Sequence record: NC_047713.1
Reading direction: 5' to 3' (one strand)
DNA length: 64,000 nt
In this document: piece by piece, positions 19,541 through 30,449 of the stretch
Layout: each line of letters opens with the position of its first letter
How positions within the stretch are numbered: the first letter of the stretch is position 1
Program-made: the position numbers and the translations under genes
Notes under the pieces: model-generated
What the model saw: only the letters and a program-made list of their open reading frames with translations
The model's database searches: none
Told to the model about the DNA's origin: nothing

Positions 19541-22500
19541 TTGCCCCTTAATAAGTTAGAGAATTTCATTAAGAATACGGATGGACGTACTCTGTATGTT
19601 AATCCAAACGATCTTAATGCTACTGATAGTATTACAAACCAAGGCACTTCCCTTACAGAACCCTTCAGAACTATTCAGAGGGCGTTAATTGAGAGTGCGC
19701 GTTTCTCATATGTGCGTGGTGATGATAATGATCTCATCGAGAGAACCACCATCATGGTGTATCCCGGTGAGCATCCTATCGATAACCGTCCTGGTTTCGG
19801 TATTAAGACAGTAGGTAATAGTCCGGTAGCGGTAACTCCTTCAGGTGAATTGATTGATCCGTTCCAAGCATTTAACCTGACTGATGCTAGTAACTTTGAT
19901 ATTGAGTCTAGTAATAACGTTCTCTATAGATTTAACAGTATCTACGGTGGTGTTGTTGTTCCCCGTGGTACTTCTATCGTGGGTATGGACCTACGTAAGA
20001 CAAAGATTCGTCCGATATATGTTCCCAACCCCACTGATGATTCAGTAGATTACTCAGCGATCTTCCGTATCACAGGTACTTGCTACTTCTGGCAGTTCAC
20101 CATCTTCGATGGTAATGAGAATGGTGTAGTATTCACTGATCCAAGAGATTTCTCTGAGAATAACCAGTCCAGACCCACTTTCTCACACCACAAACTAACA
20201 GCATTTGAATACGCTGATGGTGTTAACCCAGCGGTAGAATCAGGGTTTGAACTTACTGACCTTGCTATGTATTATAGTAAGTTGTCTAACGCATATAATG
20301 AAGCATCTGGTCGTCCTATTGATGAGAAGTATCCATCAGATCCTGGTGGTTTTTCACCACAACGTCCTGAGTTTGAGATTGTTGGTGCATTCGCAACTGA
20401 CCCAATCAATATCACTCGTTTAATCTCTGGTGATGGTTTTGTCCCTGATGCTGTCATCACAGTAGATACACAGGTCCCACATGAACTAAACACTGGAACA
20501 CCAATTAAGATTCGTGGTGTTGCCATCAGTGACTATAATATCTCTACAAAAGTATCTGCAGTTCTTAGTCCTACTAGGTTTACGTATAACCTATCATTCG
20601 TAAGACCTAACCTACCAGCAGAACCTTCAGTATCCTCTGCAACTGTAACCGTTGAGACTGATACTGTAACAGGTGCTTCACCATACATCTTTAACTGTTC
20701 GATGAGATCAGTTTGGGGTATCAATGGAATGCACGCCGATGGTGCCAAAGCAACTGGATTCCGTTCCATGGTTGTTGCTCAGTTCACCGCGATCTCCCTT
20801 CAAAAAGATGATAGATCCTTCGTTACTTATAACAAACAGGCACGTAGATACGATGGTATCAATGTCAATAAGACTGTAAGGGGTGCTGAACTATCTGCAC
20901 AGTCATCTTCTACCAACTCGGCAACTGTATACCACCTAGATCCTGACGCTATCTATCGTCCTGACTGGGGTACAACTCACATCAAGATGAGTAATGATGC
21001 AGTCATTCAGATTGTGTCTGTATTCGCTATTGGTTTCAATCAACACTTTGCCTCTATCGGTGGAGCTGATGCATCAATCACGAACTCTAACTCCAACTTT
21101 GGTCAGTTTGCACTGAAAGCTGATGGATTTAAGAATGATGCTTTCCTCAAAGATGATAAAGGTTTCCTAACATCATTTGTTTCTCCTAAGAGTGCATATA
21201 ACCCAGAAACTGATGATGTTGAGATCATTGACTGGATTAACATTGACTTTGATCTAACTCGTAGTATTGCCTTTGCTAATCAACTCTATCTAACTGGTTA
21301 TACTAACGCGGAAGATAAACCACCAGTAGTTAATCAGGGTTTCCGAATTGGTGCCAACTACAAAGAGAGTCTCATTCAGAGAACAACAGTTGGTGCTGGT
21401 GCAGATGTAACCTCATCAGTAAGAATGTGTGATAATATTCTCGGTCCTGGTAACAATCAAGCAACTGGTAGTAGTGTCGCTAGAAAGGTATATCAAGTTC
21501 TAGCTGGACCTATCAACAATACCCTTTCATTGGGTGTTCATGGACTACTTAATGGTGAGAGTGTAAGAGTATTCTCATCAACAGGTGACCTACCTGAGAA
21601 CCTAGAAAGAGGTGCCCTATACTACGCAAATGTGGTTGATGGTGAGAATATTCGTATTGCTACTTCCGAGTCTAATGCACTCAACAACATCTTCCTCAAC
21701 ATCTATGGTGGTGTTGGACTTCGTGTTGAGTCTAGAGTTAATGATAAGGAAGCAGGTGAAAGAGGACATCCTGTTCAGTATGACTACACTAACCAGAACT
21801 GGTTTGTTCATACTGATGCCAATAGTGATATCTATCAGTATATTGTAGCCAACCCAACCTCCACAGATGGTATTGACTTTGTATCCATATTCAAGAGACT
21901 TGGTGATAACAGAGCACTAGAAGACAAACTATATCGCCTCAGGTATGTTATTCCTAAGGAGTCAAGGAACGCAAAACCACCTACCCCTGGTTATGTTCTA
22001 CAAGCATCAGCAACAACAGGTGCTAGGAATAACGATGACTTTATCCTACAGGATATTGGTATCAATGACTATGAATATAACAGAAACCCACGTTATATTG
22101 TAAGTTGTACTGTTATTGCTAATGAAGTTGAGGTTCGTAGTGAGATTCCACACAACTTGAATGTTGGTGATAAGATTAAAATAGTGAATGTTGCCAGTAC
22201 AAATAACACTGGCGCATCACAAATCAAAGGTTTCAATGGTGAGTTCCTAGTTACTAGAGTTATCAACTCTCGTGAGTTTAGGTATGATATTACTGATGTA
22301 AATGGTTTTAGTAGAAATCCTGGTACCTTCACCAACAACATCAATGAAAGAAACATTCTTCTACCTCGTTATGAGAGAAAGGATCTACAGAGTAATGTAT
22401 TCGTATATCGTATTGAAACTATCACTGATTTCCTAGAAGGTGAGAGGGATGGTATCTACCACTTATTCCTTCTTAATGGTTCTAACCCAGTAACAGAGAC

Positions 22501-25408
22501 ATTCACTGATATCCAATACAATCAACCTGTGGAAGATTTATATCCACAGATGGATCCTGATAACCTTATTCAGAACCCCCCTGCAACCACAACGTTTGCT
22601 AAGAGGGCACCCCTAGGTGATGTTACTATTGATGAACAACAGAACTCCATTACTAAAGAGTCTGTTGATAAAATATACAAGACACTTAATGTTGGTATCA
22701 TTGAGACTGCTACTGATGGCACTGTTGGTGCTGGTGGAACACGTACAACCACACTAACATTCCAAAGAGAGCACGAGTTCAACTCTGTGTATAGTTACAC
22801 CACACTAGTTGGTGGTGGTGGATATACTGATGGTACTTTCTATGATGTTAAACTACTCAGTGAGTTTGGCACAGTATGGGGAGGTGCTTCTGCTGTTGTT
22901 ACTGTTACTGCTGGTACAGTTACCGCAGTTACTATCATGGATCCTGGTTCAGGTTATTCTGCAGGTCAGACACTATTCATCGATGGAACTACAATTGGTG
23001 GTGGTACTAACGCTACTATTAGTATTACTCAGGCAGACTTAGAGGATAACAAGCATAGTATCCTACAGATTTCTGGTGGTGCTTTGTATAACCCAGATTC
23101 ATATGTAGTGATGACCAGTGTTGAGGATCAGTCTTCAGTTGGTGTTGCTAGAACTTCTGGAAGTCCTGCTATTATTCCTGGTATGTACGCATATCCAGCA
23201 GATAGTGGAACAGGTATTTCTTCAACTACATATAACTCCGATACAGGTTTAACAACACTAGTATCTACAGGTAGTGCTGGTTTTGGTCTTCAGAGGGGTA
23301 ACACTTTCGTTGTATTCAGTAGTAACTATAGCTATCTCGGTAAGTTCTTTGTATCTAATGTTCCAACTCCAGATACATTGGAGTTCTACTCATACCGAGA
23401 TCTAGGAACTGTATCTATTGTAGGTAAGACAGGTTTAGATGTAAATGATGCTAACACTGGTTCCTTAGGTGAGAACGTGGGTGTTAGAGCTACACCACTA
23501 TATGATAACGGTGTATTCTATCTTGAACAGTCTTCAGGTACTGGAACACAACTAACAGTTAGGGCTGAAGATGGTGGTGTGGCTGGTAATGTAGACTCTA
23601 AGATGTACCTAGGAAGATACTTCCAAATGGGTTCTGAGATTATCAGAGTTGCTAGTAAGAACTTTGATGGAGCCAATAACAATATCGTAACTGTTATCCG
23701 TGGTGCTCTTGGTACCGTTGTTAGCAACCTTCCCATTAATACTAAGGTGAAGGCAATCAGACCTTCCGCACTAGAACTTAGAAGACCTTCTATTCTACGT
23801 GCCTCAGGTCACACCTTTGAATATCTTGGTTATGGTCCTGGTAACTATTCCACTTCATTACCACAACTACAGGTTAAGCAACTCCCAGATGATGAAATTT
23901 ACCTAGTACAGGCTCAGGAACTATCCTGTGGTCAGGTTGTTTATACTGGTATGAGTGATAATGGTGACTTCTATATCGGTAATACCAAGTATTCCGCAAC
24001 CTCAGGAACACAATCAACCTTTGATGTTCCCATCCCAACTGTTGCTGGTCAACCAGGTAGTTCTAATAATGTTGTGTTTGATGAAGTTATCATCAACCGT
24101 CGTCTATTCGTATCTGGTGGTGAAACTAATGAGGTTCAGTCACAGTTTGATGGTCCTGTTAAGTTTACCCAGTCTGTTACTATTCAGAACAATCTTTTCG
24201 TAACTGGTACAACTCAACTCAATAGAATTGAGATCACCAGTACAGAGAACGCAACCAGTTCTGCTAATGGTGGAGCACTAACTATCAGAGGTGGTGCTGC
24301 TATTGGTAAAGACTTCTATGTTGGTGGTGAAATGTACACCAACGCATATCAAATAGAAGATACAAGTGCAGTTCTTGAAATTGGTACTAACCAGTCATCT
24401 AAGGATATCTCTGTTGGTGGTTCAACTGATACAGATAGAGTTGTTTTTAATACAACTAAACTAGCAACAGGTGAAGGTGCTGAAGAGGTAGTTAACGCAG
24501 ACGCTGGTGTTGTTGTTGAGGGTGGATTAGTTGTTCGTGATGTTATTATCGCGAAAGAGTTTAGAGGTGCTGGAACTGGTGGTGGTCCTGGTACTATCCT
24601 ACTCTGGGGTGGTTCTACTAGTGCTCTCCCTGACAGATATCTACTCTGCAACGGAGCTACTCTCAATAAAAACACATATAACAAACTATTCGAAGCCATT
24701 GGTTATATCCATGGTGGTAGTGGTAATAGTTTTAAGTTACCAGATTTGAGAAATAGGTTTATCCCTGGTGCTGGTAGTTCTTATGCGGTAGCTGCAAAAG
24801 GTGGGGATGATTCAGTTGTACTAACTGAAACGCAGATGCCACGCCACACGCACTCAACTTCAGCAGTCAACGCACCACATACTCACCCAGTATCGTTTAC
24901 TAGTGGAGCGGCAAATGCACCACATAAACACCCAGCTGGCACAGGTGGCGGTGGAAATCATAACCACCCATCAGGTGGCACAGGTGGTGGTGGTAATCAC
25001 AATCACCCATCAGGTGGCTCTAACAATACAGGCAACCATGGACACCCGTATAGTGCTCCGGGGCAATCCAAAACTGATGTTGCTAATTCTAACGAGAAGA
25101 ATGTAACTAGCAACGTCAATGCCTCAGGTGCAGGAACCGGTGGTGGTGGAGCACACTCCCACTCTGTTTCAGTTAACAGTACATCCTCAGCTCATAATCA
25201 CCCAGTAAGTGTCAACTCTGGATCTTCAGCTCATAATCACCCTGTTAGTGTTAATTCAGCTAATGCACCACATTCCCACCCAATTAGTGGTAATGCAGGT
25301 TCTGCAAACGCACCTCACGTTCACCCAATTGGTAATACTGGTGGTACTGCTTCCTTTGACAATAGACCCAAATACTACGCTCTCTGCTATATTATCCAAT
25401 CAGAGTGA
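19541..25408 (+). CDS. Large tail fibre/structural protein with tail-collar domain and His-rich needle
   Basis: 1955 aa; tail-collar motif GTILLWGG...YLLCNGA...FKLPDLRNRF; 11 HxH motifs near the C-terminus; CTAAATA at 19503. Confidence 0.85.
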   Translation: MPLNKLENFIKNTDGRTLYVNPNDLNATDSITNQGTSLTEPFRTIQRALIESARFSYVRGDDNDLIERTTIMVYPGEHPIDNRPGFGIKTVGNSPVAVTPSGELIDPFQAFNLTDASNFDIESSNNVLYRFNSIYGGVVVPRGTSIVGMDLRKTKIRPIYVPNPTDDSVDYSAIFRITGTCYFWQFTIFDGNENGVVFTDPRDFSENNQSRPTFSHHKLTAFEYADGVNPAVESGFELTDLAMYYSKLSNAYNEASGRPIDEKYPSDPGGFSPQRPEFEIVGAFATDPINITRLISGDGFVPDAVITVDTQVPHELNTGTPIKIRGVAISDYNISTKVSAVLSPTRFTYNLSFVRPNLPAEPSVSSATVTVETDTVTGASPYIFNCSMRSVWGINGMHADGAKATGFRSMVVAQFTAISLQKDDRSFVTYNKQARRYDGINVNKTVRGAELSAQSSSTNSATVYHLDPDAIYRPDWGTTHIKMSNDAVIQIVSVFAIGFNQHFASIGGADASITNSNSNFGQFALKADGFKNDAFLKDDKGFLTSFVSPKSAYNPETDDVEIIDWINIDFDLTRSIAFANQLYLTGYTNAEDKPPVVNQGFRIGANYKESLIQRTTVGAGADVTSSVRMCDNILGPGNNQATGSSVARKVYQVLAGPINNTLSLGVHGLLNGESVRVFSSTGDLPENLERGALYYANVVDGENIRIATSESNALNNIFLNIYGGVGLRVESRVNDKEAGERGHPVQYDYTNQNWFVHTDANSDIYQYIVANPTSTDGIDFVSIFKRLGDNRALEDKLYRLRYVIPKESRNAKPPTPGYVLQASATTGARNNDDFILQDIGINDYEYNRNPRYIVSCTVIANEVEVRSEIPHNLNVGDKIKIVNVASTNNTGASQIKGFNGEFLVTRVINSREFRYDITDVNGFSRNPGTFTNNINERNILLPRYERKDLQSNVFVYRIETITDFLEGERDGIYHLFLLNGSNPVTETFTDIQYNQPVEDLYPQMDPDNLIQNPPATTTFAKRAPLGDVTIDEQQNSITKESVDKIYKTLNVGIIETATDGTVGAGGTRTTTLTFQREHEFNSVYSYTTLVGGGGYTDGTFYDVKLLSEFGTVWGGASAVVTVTAGTVTAVTIMDPGSGYSAGQTLFIDGTTIGGGTNATISITQADLEDNKHSILQISGGALYNPDSYVVMTSVEDQSSVGVARTSGSPAIIPGMYAYPADSGTGISSTTYNSDTGLTTLVSTGSAGFGLQRGNTFVVFSSNYSYLGKFFVSNVPTPDTLEFYSYRDLGTVSIVGKTGLDVNDANTGSLGENVGVRATPLYDNGVFYLEQSSGTGTQLTVRAEDGGVAGNVDSKMYLGRYFQMGSEIIRVASKNFDGANNNIVTVIRGALGTVVSNLPINTKVKAIRPSALELRRPSILRASGHTFEYLGYGPGNYSTSLPQLQVKQLPDDEIYLVQAQELSCGQVVYTGMSDNGDFYIGNTKYSATSGTQSTFDVPIPTVAGQPGSSNNVVFDEVIINRRLFVSGGETNEVQSQFDGPVKFTQSVTIQNNLFVTGTTQLNRIEITSTENATSSANGGALTIRGGAAIGKDFYVGGEMYTNAYQIEDTSAVLEIGTNQSSKDISVGGSTDTDRVVFNTTKLATGEGAEEVVNADAGVVVEGGLVVRDVIIAKEFRGAGTGGGPGTILLWGGSTSALPDRYLLCNGATLNKNTYNKLFEAIGYIHGGSGNSFKLPDLRNRFIPGAGSSYAVAAKGGDDSVVLTETQMPRHTHSTSAVNAPHTHPVSFTSGAANAPHKHPAGTGGGGNHNHPSGGTGGGGNHNHPSGGSNNTGNHGHPYSAPGQSKTDVANSNEKNVTSNVNASGAGTGGGGAHSHSVSVNSTSSAHNHPVSVNSGSSAHNHPVSVNSANAPHSHPISGNAGSANAPHVHPIGNTGGTASFDNRPKYYALCYIIQSE

Positions 25409-25411
25409 TGG

Positions 25412-25419
25412 TATAAATA
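25412..25419 (+). promoter_or_regulatory. T4 late promoter
   Basis: Exact TATAAATA before the ORF at 25451. Confidence 0.75.
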
Positions 25420-25450
25420 TCTATAAGGTACTCTAACCATTTTATAGATA

Positions 25451-27559
25451 ATGGCGAATTTTAATAAGGCGTTTAACTTTAGAGGTGGCTTCCAAGTAGA
25501 TGAAGACACCTTTTTGGTGCGCGGTTCTAACGTTGGTATCGGATCTTCTGTTCCATCAGAAAGACTAGATGTTGACGGTGTTATTAAAGCTCGCGGTTTA
25601 ATTATTGACTCCACTGATGTTGTTGCCATTACTACCGCATATGTTGGTGTTGTAAGTGCAACTGAGGTTCAATCCGGTATATTCACTGGAACTCCAAAAA
25701 ATGGTGGTATTGCTACTTACTATGGTGATGGATCACAACTAATCAATCTCCCCACATCTCAGTGGGTTGATATTGATGTAGGATTGGGATTCACTAGTAT
25801 CTACGCAGCTGGAAATGTTGGTGTTGATACTGTAGATCCTAGGTATAAGTTTCAGGTTGGTGGAGTTCCTTTCAAAACCAAAACTGGTCCCCTCTTACAA
25901 GCACAAGATGGTGTAGGTGTTGAGGATGGTAACATTTATTTCTCTGGTATTGCCTCTGCCAGATTCAAACCCGGTCTAGAAAAGCAGGGTTTTGTGGGTT
26001 ATGGTTCATATATTAATACATTAAATGCAGCTGAACTCACCACTGGTGATATTCCTTCATATGCATATGGTGATCTTATTATCACCGAAGAAATTATAGC
26101 ACCTAAACTAACAGGTATTGCATCAACTGCTATCGGTGTTACAACTGATGCTCAGTTATCATTTGATACTGCAGTAGCAAACGAACTTAGGGCAAAGAAT
26201 AGATTTATCAGTACAGAAGGTTATCTTCAGATTGGTACTGATGAAGATGTTGCTGGTGTAGGTGATATTGAAGTAGTAAAAGATACAGATAACTCTAACA
26301 TCTATTCAATATCTAATACTCGAGCACAAATTCTGGTGGGTAATGAGAGACCCGGTGGATCTAATCGTGGTATTGGTGGAATAAGGAAGGGCACATTTAC
26401 TAGTGATCCACTCACATCAGCCACTGATGTAGATTTGGTTAACTATGATGTCGGTAACCTAAACTTCTATCTCCATAACGGATCTGGTGGTCAGGGTGCA
26501 ACAACTGGTAAGTTCCGTTGGATATATGGCCAGAGAGATATTTCAGTTATGGAGCTGGATAAAGATGGTCAATTAGTTCTACCTGATAATGTAGTGGTTA
26601 CAGGTCCACTCCTAAGTGTTGGTGGAAGTGCATATCTCAAGAATGGTGCTCAGTTAGATGGTGATCTAAATGTTACATCAGGTATTGGTTCTTTCGCTAA
26701 TGATGTTAATATCTTTGGAGAACTCAGTGTAGGTAGTATCTCAATATCTGGTGTTGTTACATTTAGTGGTATTGACACAGATATCCTAACTGTAGGATCA
26801 GACACAGTTATTCAATCTGGCATTGCAACCATTGCAAGAATTATGGTTGTTAATGATACAACCAATTCAGTAGATATCGATGGTTCTCTTGAGTCATCAA
26901 CATTAGTAACAACTAACGCTAGTTCTTCCACATTAGTATTCTCACAGAGTTTAACAGGACCGAATGGTTTCACAGTATCATCTGATGGTGGTGTAACAGC
27001 CTCTAGTGTGGATGTAGCAGGTAATATAGGTGCTGGTGGGACTATTCAAGGTGTTGATATTGTTACAAACACCGGAAGCATCAACGACCTCACTGTTAGT
27101 GAATTAATCGGATCTAAAGTCGATGTTAGTGAGGTCGAAACTGATAGTCTCAATGTAGCAAACTCATCCACAGTTAATGACCTAAGTGCTACTAGTATTG
27201 AGACCACATCCATTCAGGCAGACACCACTGATTTCAATGCCATGGAAGCAACTGCCGCAAGTGTGGATAGTTTAGGTTCTAAGAGTGGATCAAAAGTAGA
27301 TATGTCTGATGATCTAGACTTACAGAACAACGATATCGATGGAGTTAATGAGATAAACGTTGAGAACCTCAACGCAAACGATAGGGTTTCTAGCTTCTTT
27401 GGGCGCTATGGTATTACTAACAACAACTACGTTTCTATTGATTATGGGGACAGAGGTTTCGGTAGTCAAGATCTTCCAGCTATTACTTTCGAGGTGTTTG
27501 ATGATAACAACGTTTCCCTAGGACAGACATACTTCAAACTATATACCCCTGTCCCCTGA
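25451..27559 (+). CDS. Fibre-like structural protein
   Basis: 702 aa; GSNVGIGSSVP and GNVGVDT fibre-shaft repeats; beta-rich C-terminal half; late promoter. Confidence 0.7.
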   Translation: MANFNKAFNFRGGFQVDEDTFLVRGSNVGIGSSVPSERLDVDGVIKARGLIIDSTDVVAITTAYVGVVSATEVQSGIFTGTPKNGGIATYYGDGSQLINLPTSQWVDIDVGLGFTSIYAAGNVGVDTVDPRYKFQVGGVPFKTKTGPLLQAQDGVGVEDGNIYFSGIASARFKPGLEKQGFVGYGSYINTLNAAELTTGDIPSYAYGDLIITEEIIAPKLTGIASTAIGVTTDAQLSFDTAVANELRAKNRFISTEGYLQIGTDEDVAGVGDIEVVKDTDNSNIYSISNTRAQILVGNERPGGSNRGIGGIRKGTFTSDPLTSATDVDLVNYDVGNLNFYLHNGSGGQGATTGKFRWIYGQRDISVMELDKDGQLVLPDNVVVTGPLLSVGGSAYLKNGAQLDGDLNVTSGIGSFANDVNIFGELSVGSISISGVVTFSGIDTDILTVGSDTVIQSGIATIARIMVVNDTTNSVDIDGSLESSTLVTTNASSSTLVFSQSLTGPNGFTVSSDGGVTASSVDVAGNIGAGGTIQGVDIVTNTGSINDLTVSELIGSKVDVSEVETDSLNVANSSTVNDLSATSIETTSIQADTTDFNAMEATAASVDSLGSKSGSKVDMSDDLDLQNNDIDGVNEINVENLNANDRVSSFFGRYGITNNNYVSIDYGDRGFGSQDLPAITFEVFDDNNVSLGQTYFKLYTPVP

Positions 27560-27566
27560 AGAATAA

Positions 27567-27657
27567 TGTGACAGTCACCAAACTGGCACAGGGGGTTGGC
27601 AAACCCCCTTTTTTGTGCTATAATAACAGGGTAGTCAAACAGAGAGGTTAGGTTCTA
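27567..27657 (+). promoter_or_regulatory. Early element copy 1
   Basis: tgtgacagt-caccaa-actggcaca; GGGGG-TTGGCA-AA-CCCCC-T-tract; TGC-TATAAT. Confidence 0.85.
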
Positions 27658-28008
27658 GTGGGTTTCCTGAAAGCTCTGTTTGCTACTGCCTTGGTGGGTA
27701 TTGTTGGTGTGGTGTCTCCCGCCGAGGCAAGTGTAGGTGGCAATATGTCTCCAGTCGTAGAGGGTATGTGTATAAAGTACACACCCTTTGGTGATTTGCC
27801 CTGTAAGATTAGAGTATACGATAGTGAAGAACTAGTGTATATTACAGATGGTCATAATACTATGACATATACCAAGCACCCATTCATACCATATGCGTGG
27901 ACAATGTATGTGAATGAACAACGGATATCTAATATGTTATGCTCCCTAGATAAGTATAACTTCTCTTGTTTCACCTCAATCCAATTTGTTCCTGATTATG
28001 AAAACTAA
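27658..28008 (+). CDS. Hypothetical exported protein
   Basis: Signal-peptide-like N-terminus ending AEA; follows an element. Confidence 0.65.
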   Translation: MGFLKALFATALVGIVGVVSPAEASVGGNMSPVVEGMCIKYTPFGDLPCKIRVYDSEELVYITDGHNTMTYTKHPFIPYAWTMYVNEQRISNMLCSLDKYNFSCFTSIQFVPDYEN

Positions 28009-28330
28009 ATCATTGATGCTCACCAGTTTGATGGTGGCAACGATAACCGCATCACCTGTCATGGCATACGGATATCGCCAACCATACTATCAACAACCCC
28101 CAGTTGTTATTCAACAGCCAGCACCTGTTATCATTCAACAACCAAGACCCAGTACCCTAGAAACTGTTTTGGGTATTGCAGTTATTGGTGCAGGTTTATA
28201 CTGGAATAGTCCAGCATATCAGAACGATCATGGATATTATAATGGAAATAGAAACCATCATCACAACCAATACCAAGGTGGCAAAACATATGTAATTTGT
28301 AATGATTACGGACGGAGGTATTACTGCTGA
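27998..28330 (+). CDS. Hypothetical exported protein, P/Q/Y-rich
   Basis: MKTKSLMLTSLMVATITASPVMA signal peptide; PPVVIQQPAPVIIQQP repeat. Confidence 0.65.
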   Translation: MKTKSLMLTSLMVATITASPVMAYGYRQPYYQQPPVVIQQPAPVIIQQPRPSTLETVLGIAVIGAGLYWNSPAYQNDHGYYNGNRNHHHNQYQGGKTYVICNDYGRRYYC

Positions 28331-28539
28331 TGGATTTTGTGGCATTTATGATTGATAAGGAAAACGCCTTATCACTGATACAATCACTTCACGAATCTGC
28401 CGATAAGTGTAGTAAAGATGGAAGACGAATTATGGAAGCAAACTATACCAAACTAGCAGACATGATGATGGAACAATACCTAGTATCAGAGAGTATCCAC
28501 AGGAAGAGAAAAAGAAATAACGGAGATTATATCGGCTAA
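28330..28539 (+). CDS. Hypothetical protein
   Basis: 69-aa ORF, translationally coupled on both sides. Confidence 0.6.
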   Translation: MDFVAFMIDKENALSLIQSLHESADKCSKDGRRIMEANYTKLADMMMEQYLVSESIHRKRKRNNGDYIG

Positions 28540-29111
28540 TGATTGACTATCTTACCATCCCTAATAGCTTATCAGACAAACTTTGTGACGACATCATTCA
28601 CAAGTTTGACAGTGATGATAGAGTTGATTATGGTAAAATTAATATGGGAGATGTTGATACTGAGGTCAAAAGATGTAAAGAGTTGTTCATATCAATCCTA
28701 GATAACTGGCGAGATCTTGACAATCAGGTATTCAATGCGTCGGTGAAAGGGTTAAGTCAATACCGTGAGTACATTAATGAGTTATACGATGCCGATTATC
28801 TTCTAGGATCAGATAATTCTGATCAAGGTTACCGGGTAAAGAGATACGATATTGGTGAAGATTACTTTCATTGGCATCATGATCTACGCATAGATGAAAA
28901 CCGTAGGATGAGATCAGTTGCCTTCATATGGTATCTAAATGATGTGGAAGAGGGTGGTGAAACAGAATTTAGTAATGGTCTAAAGATACGTCCAGAGAAA
29001 GGTAAACTACTTCTATTTCCATCTACATGGAACAACGTACACAGAGGGAATACACCAATAAGTAATACGAAGTATGCTATTACTAGTTTCCTCTATTCCT
29101 CCTACGATTAG
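28539..29111 (+). CDS. 2OG-Fe(II) oxygenase
   Basis: FHWHHD, WYLNDVEEGGETEF, LFPSTWNNVHRG. Confidence 0.9.
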   Translation: MIDYLTIPNSLSDKLCDDIIHKFDSDDRVDYGKINMGDVDTEVKRCKELFISILDNWRDLDNQVFNASVKGLSQYREYINELYDADYLLGSDNSDQGYRVKRYDIGEDYFHWHHDLRIDENRRMRSVAFIWYLNDVEEGGETEFSNGLKIRPEKGKLLLFPSTWNNVHRGNTPISNTKYAITSFLYSSYD

Positions 29112-29140
29112 GTGATATATACTAAGTATGGGATACTTCA

Positions 29141-29695
29141 GTGACAAAGGGTTATCAAATCAGGGGAGACTTTATTGCAAGTCTCATTAAACAACACGAC
29201 TGTAAGATTGGTTATGAAATTGGGGTATCCAATGGTGCAACTTTTGGTAAGATCTTAAAGAAATGTGATAATATTGAGTGGCATGGTGTAGATCCATGGG
29301 TTGTATGTTCCGAGTATGATAAACGCCCCAATGGTAAGGGTAAGTGGAATCATGATGCTAACTATGAGAAAGTTCAGGAGATTGTTAGTAAGTATCCAAA
29401 GCGTGCATATACCCACCGCATGACCTCTGTAGAGGCTGCAAAGGAGGTAGAGGATAGAAGTATTGATATTATCTTTATAGACGGTCTGCACACCTACGAG
29501 GGGGTGAAGGAAGATCTAGAGGCTTGGGTGCCAAAGATCAAAATAGGTGGTATAATCTCTGGACATGACTATAAAGGTATGAAGAGACATGAGGGTGTGA
29601 CTATACGAGTGAATGAAGTATTTGGTGAAGAAAACATTACTACTGGTCCAGATGTGACCTGGTGGTTATACAAAACGGAGGAACACGATGACTGA
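29141..29695 (+). CDS. Class I SAM methyltransferase (Methyltransf_24-like)
   Basis: YEIGVSNG; DIIFIDGLHTYEGV...IGGIISGHDY. Confidence 0.85.
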   Translation: MTKGYQIRGDFIASLIKQHDCKIGYEIGVSNGATFGKILKKCDNIEWHGVDPWVVCSEYDKRPNGKGKWNHDANYEKVQEIVSKYPKRAYTHRMTSVEAAKEVEDRSIDIIFIDGLHTYEGVKEDLEAWVPKIKIGGIISGHDYKGMKRHEGVTIRVNEVFGEENITTGPDVTWWLYKTEEHDD

Positions 29696-30449
29696 GGGTT
29701 ATGTTGTTATTGCACTTGGCGATAAGTATGTTCAACTCGCCAAGAACTTTGAAGATACACTAAGACAAAACGGTGACAATCGTCCTGTTCATGTTGTCAC
29801 TGAAGACATGATTGATAAGGATAATGATAAGTATAGGGACTGTGATGTTCCCAACGAAAGGTATAACTGCTACCCCAAACTTCACTTCAATGAGTATGCG
29901 ATATTTGATCATAGTATCCTAATCGATGCCGATGTTCTGTGCGTAGGTGATACCCAACACGTTTGGGATATGTGTAAAGAACAGGAACAGTTTATTCTTC
30001 ACCGTGGGTGGGGACAAGTTACTAAATGGAATAGAGAACTACAGAAGAAAGTGTGGGACGTTCATGGGTTCGTACCTCCTCGCATTCACGGAGCTTTCTG
30101 TTATCTAAGGAAGGCAGATATCAATGAAGACTTCTTTGAATTTATCCAAAATAATGTGTGGTTTCAGTATACTGAATGGTGTACGGAAGATGTCAAAGCA
30201 AGACATCACAGGTTAAGTAGATCAGACCAGGTGATATATGCTATTGGTTATGGTAAGTTTGATCTCATGCCCTGTCAGTTAATGGAAGTTCCTATTATGA
30301 CTCATATATTGACAGCGGCACACGTTAATCCTCCATACGATACAATCACTTTTAAGGATCAAATTGGACCCGATTTACAACATCCAGTGGCATTTGCCCA
30401 TATCGAACAACTATTTCAGGAGAGCACCCCAGAAAGTTTTCTAAGGTGA
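29688..30449 (+). CDS. Glycosyltransferase-like protein, GT-A fold
   Basis: EGYVVIALGDKY; YPKLHFNEYAIFDHSILIDAD (DxD motif). Confidence 0.7.
   Translation: MTEGYVVIALGDKYVQLAKNFEDTLRQNGDNRPVHVVTEDMIDKDNDKYRDCDVPNERYNCYPKLHFNEYAIFDHSILIDADVLCVGDTQHVWDMCKEQEQFILHRGWGQVTKWNRELQKKVWDVHGFVPPRIHGAFCYLRKADINEDFFEFIQNNVWFQYTEWCTEDVKARHHRLSRSDQVIYAIGYGKFDLMPCQLMEVPIMTHILTAAHVNPPYDTITFKDQIGPDLQHPVAFAHIEQLFQESTPESFLR

Noticed and set aside
27567-27590. Palindrome as a CRP or NtcA site
   Set aside because: CRP needs TGTGA-N6-TCACA and NtcA GTA-N8-TAC; here the TGTG/CACA arms are much further apart.
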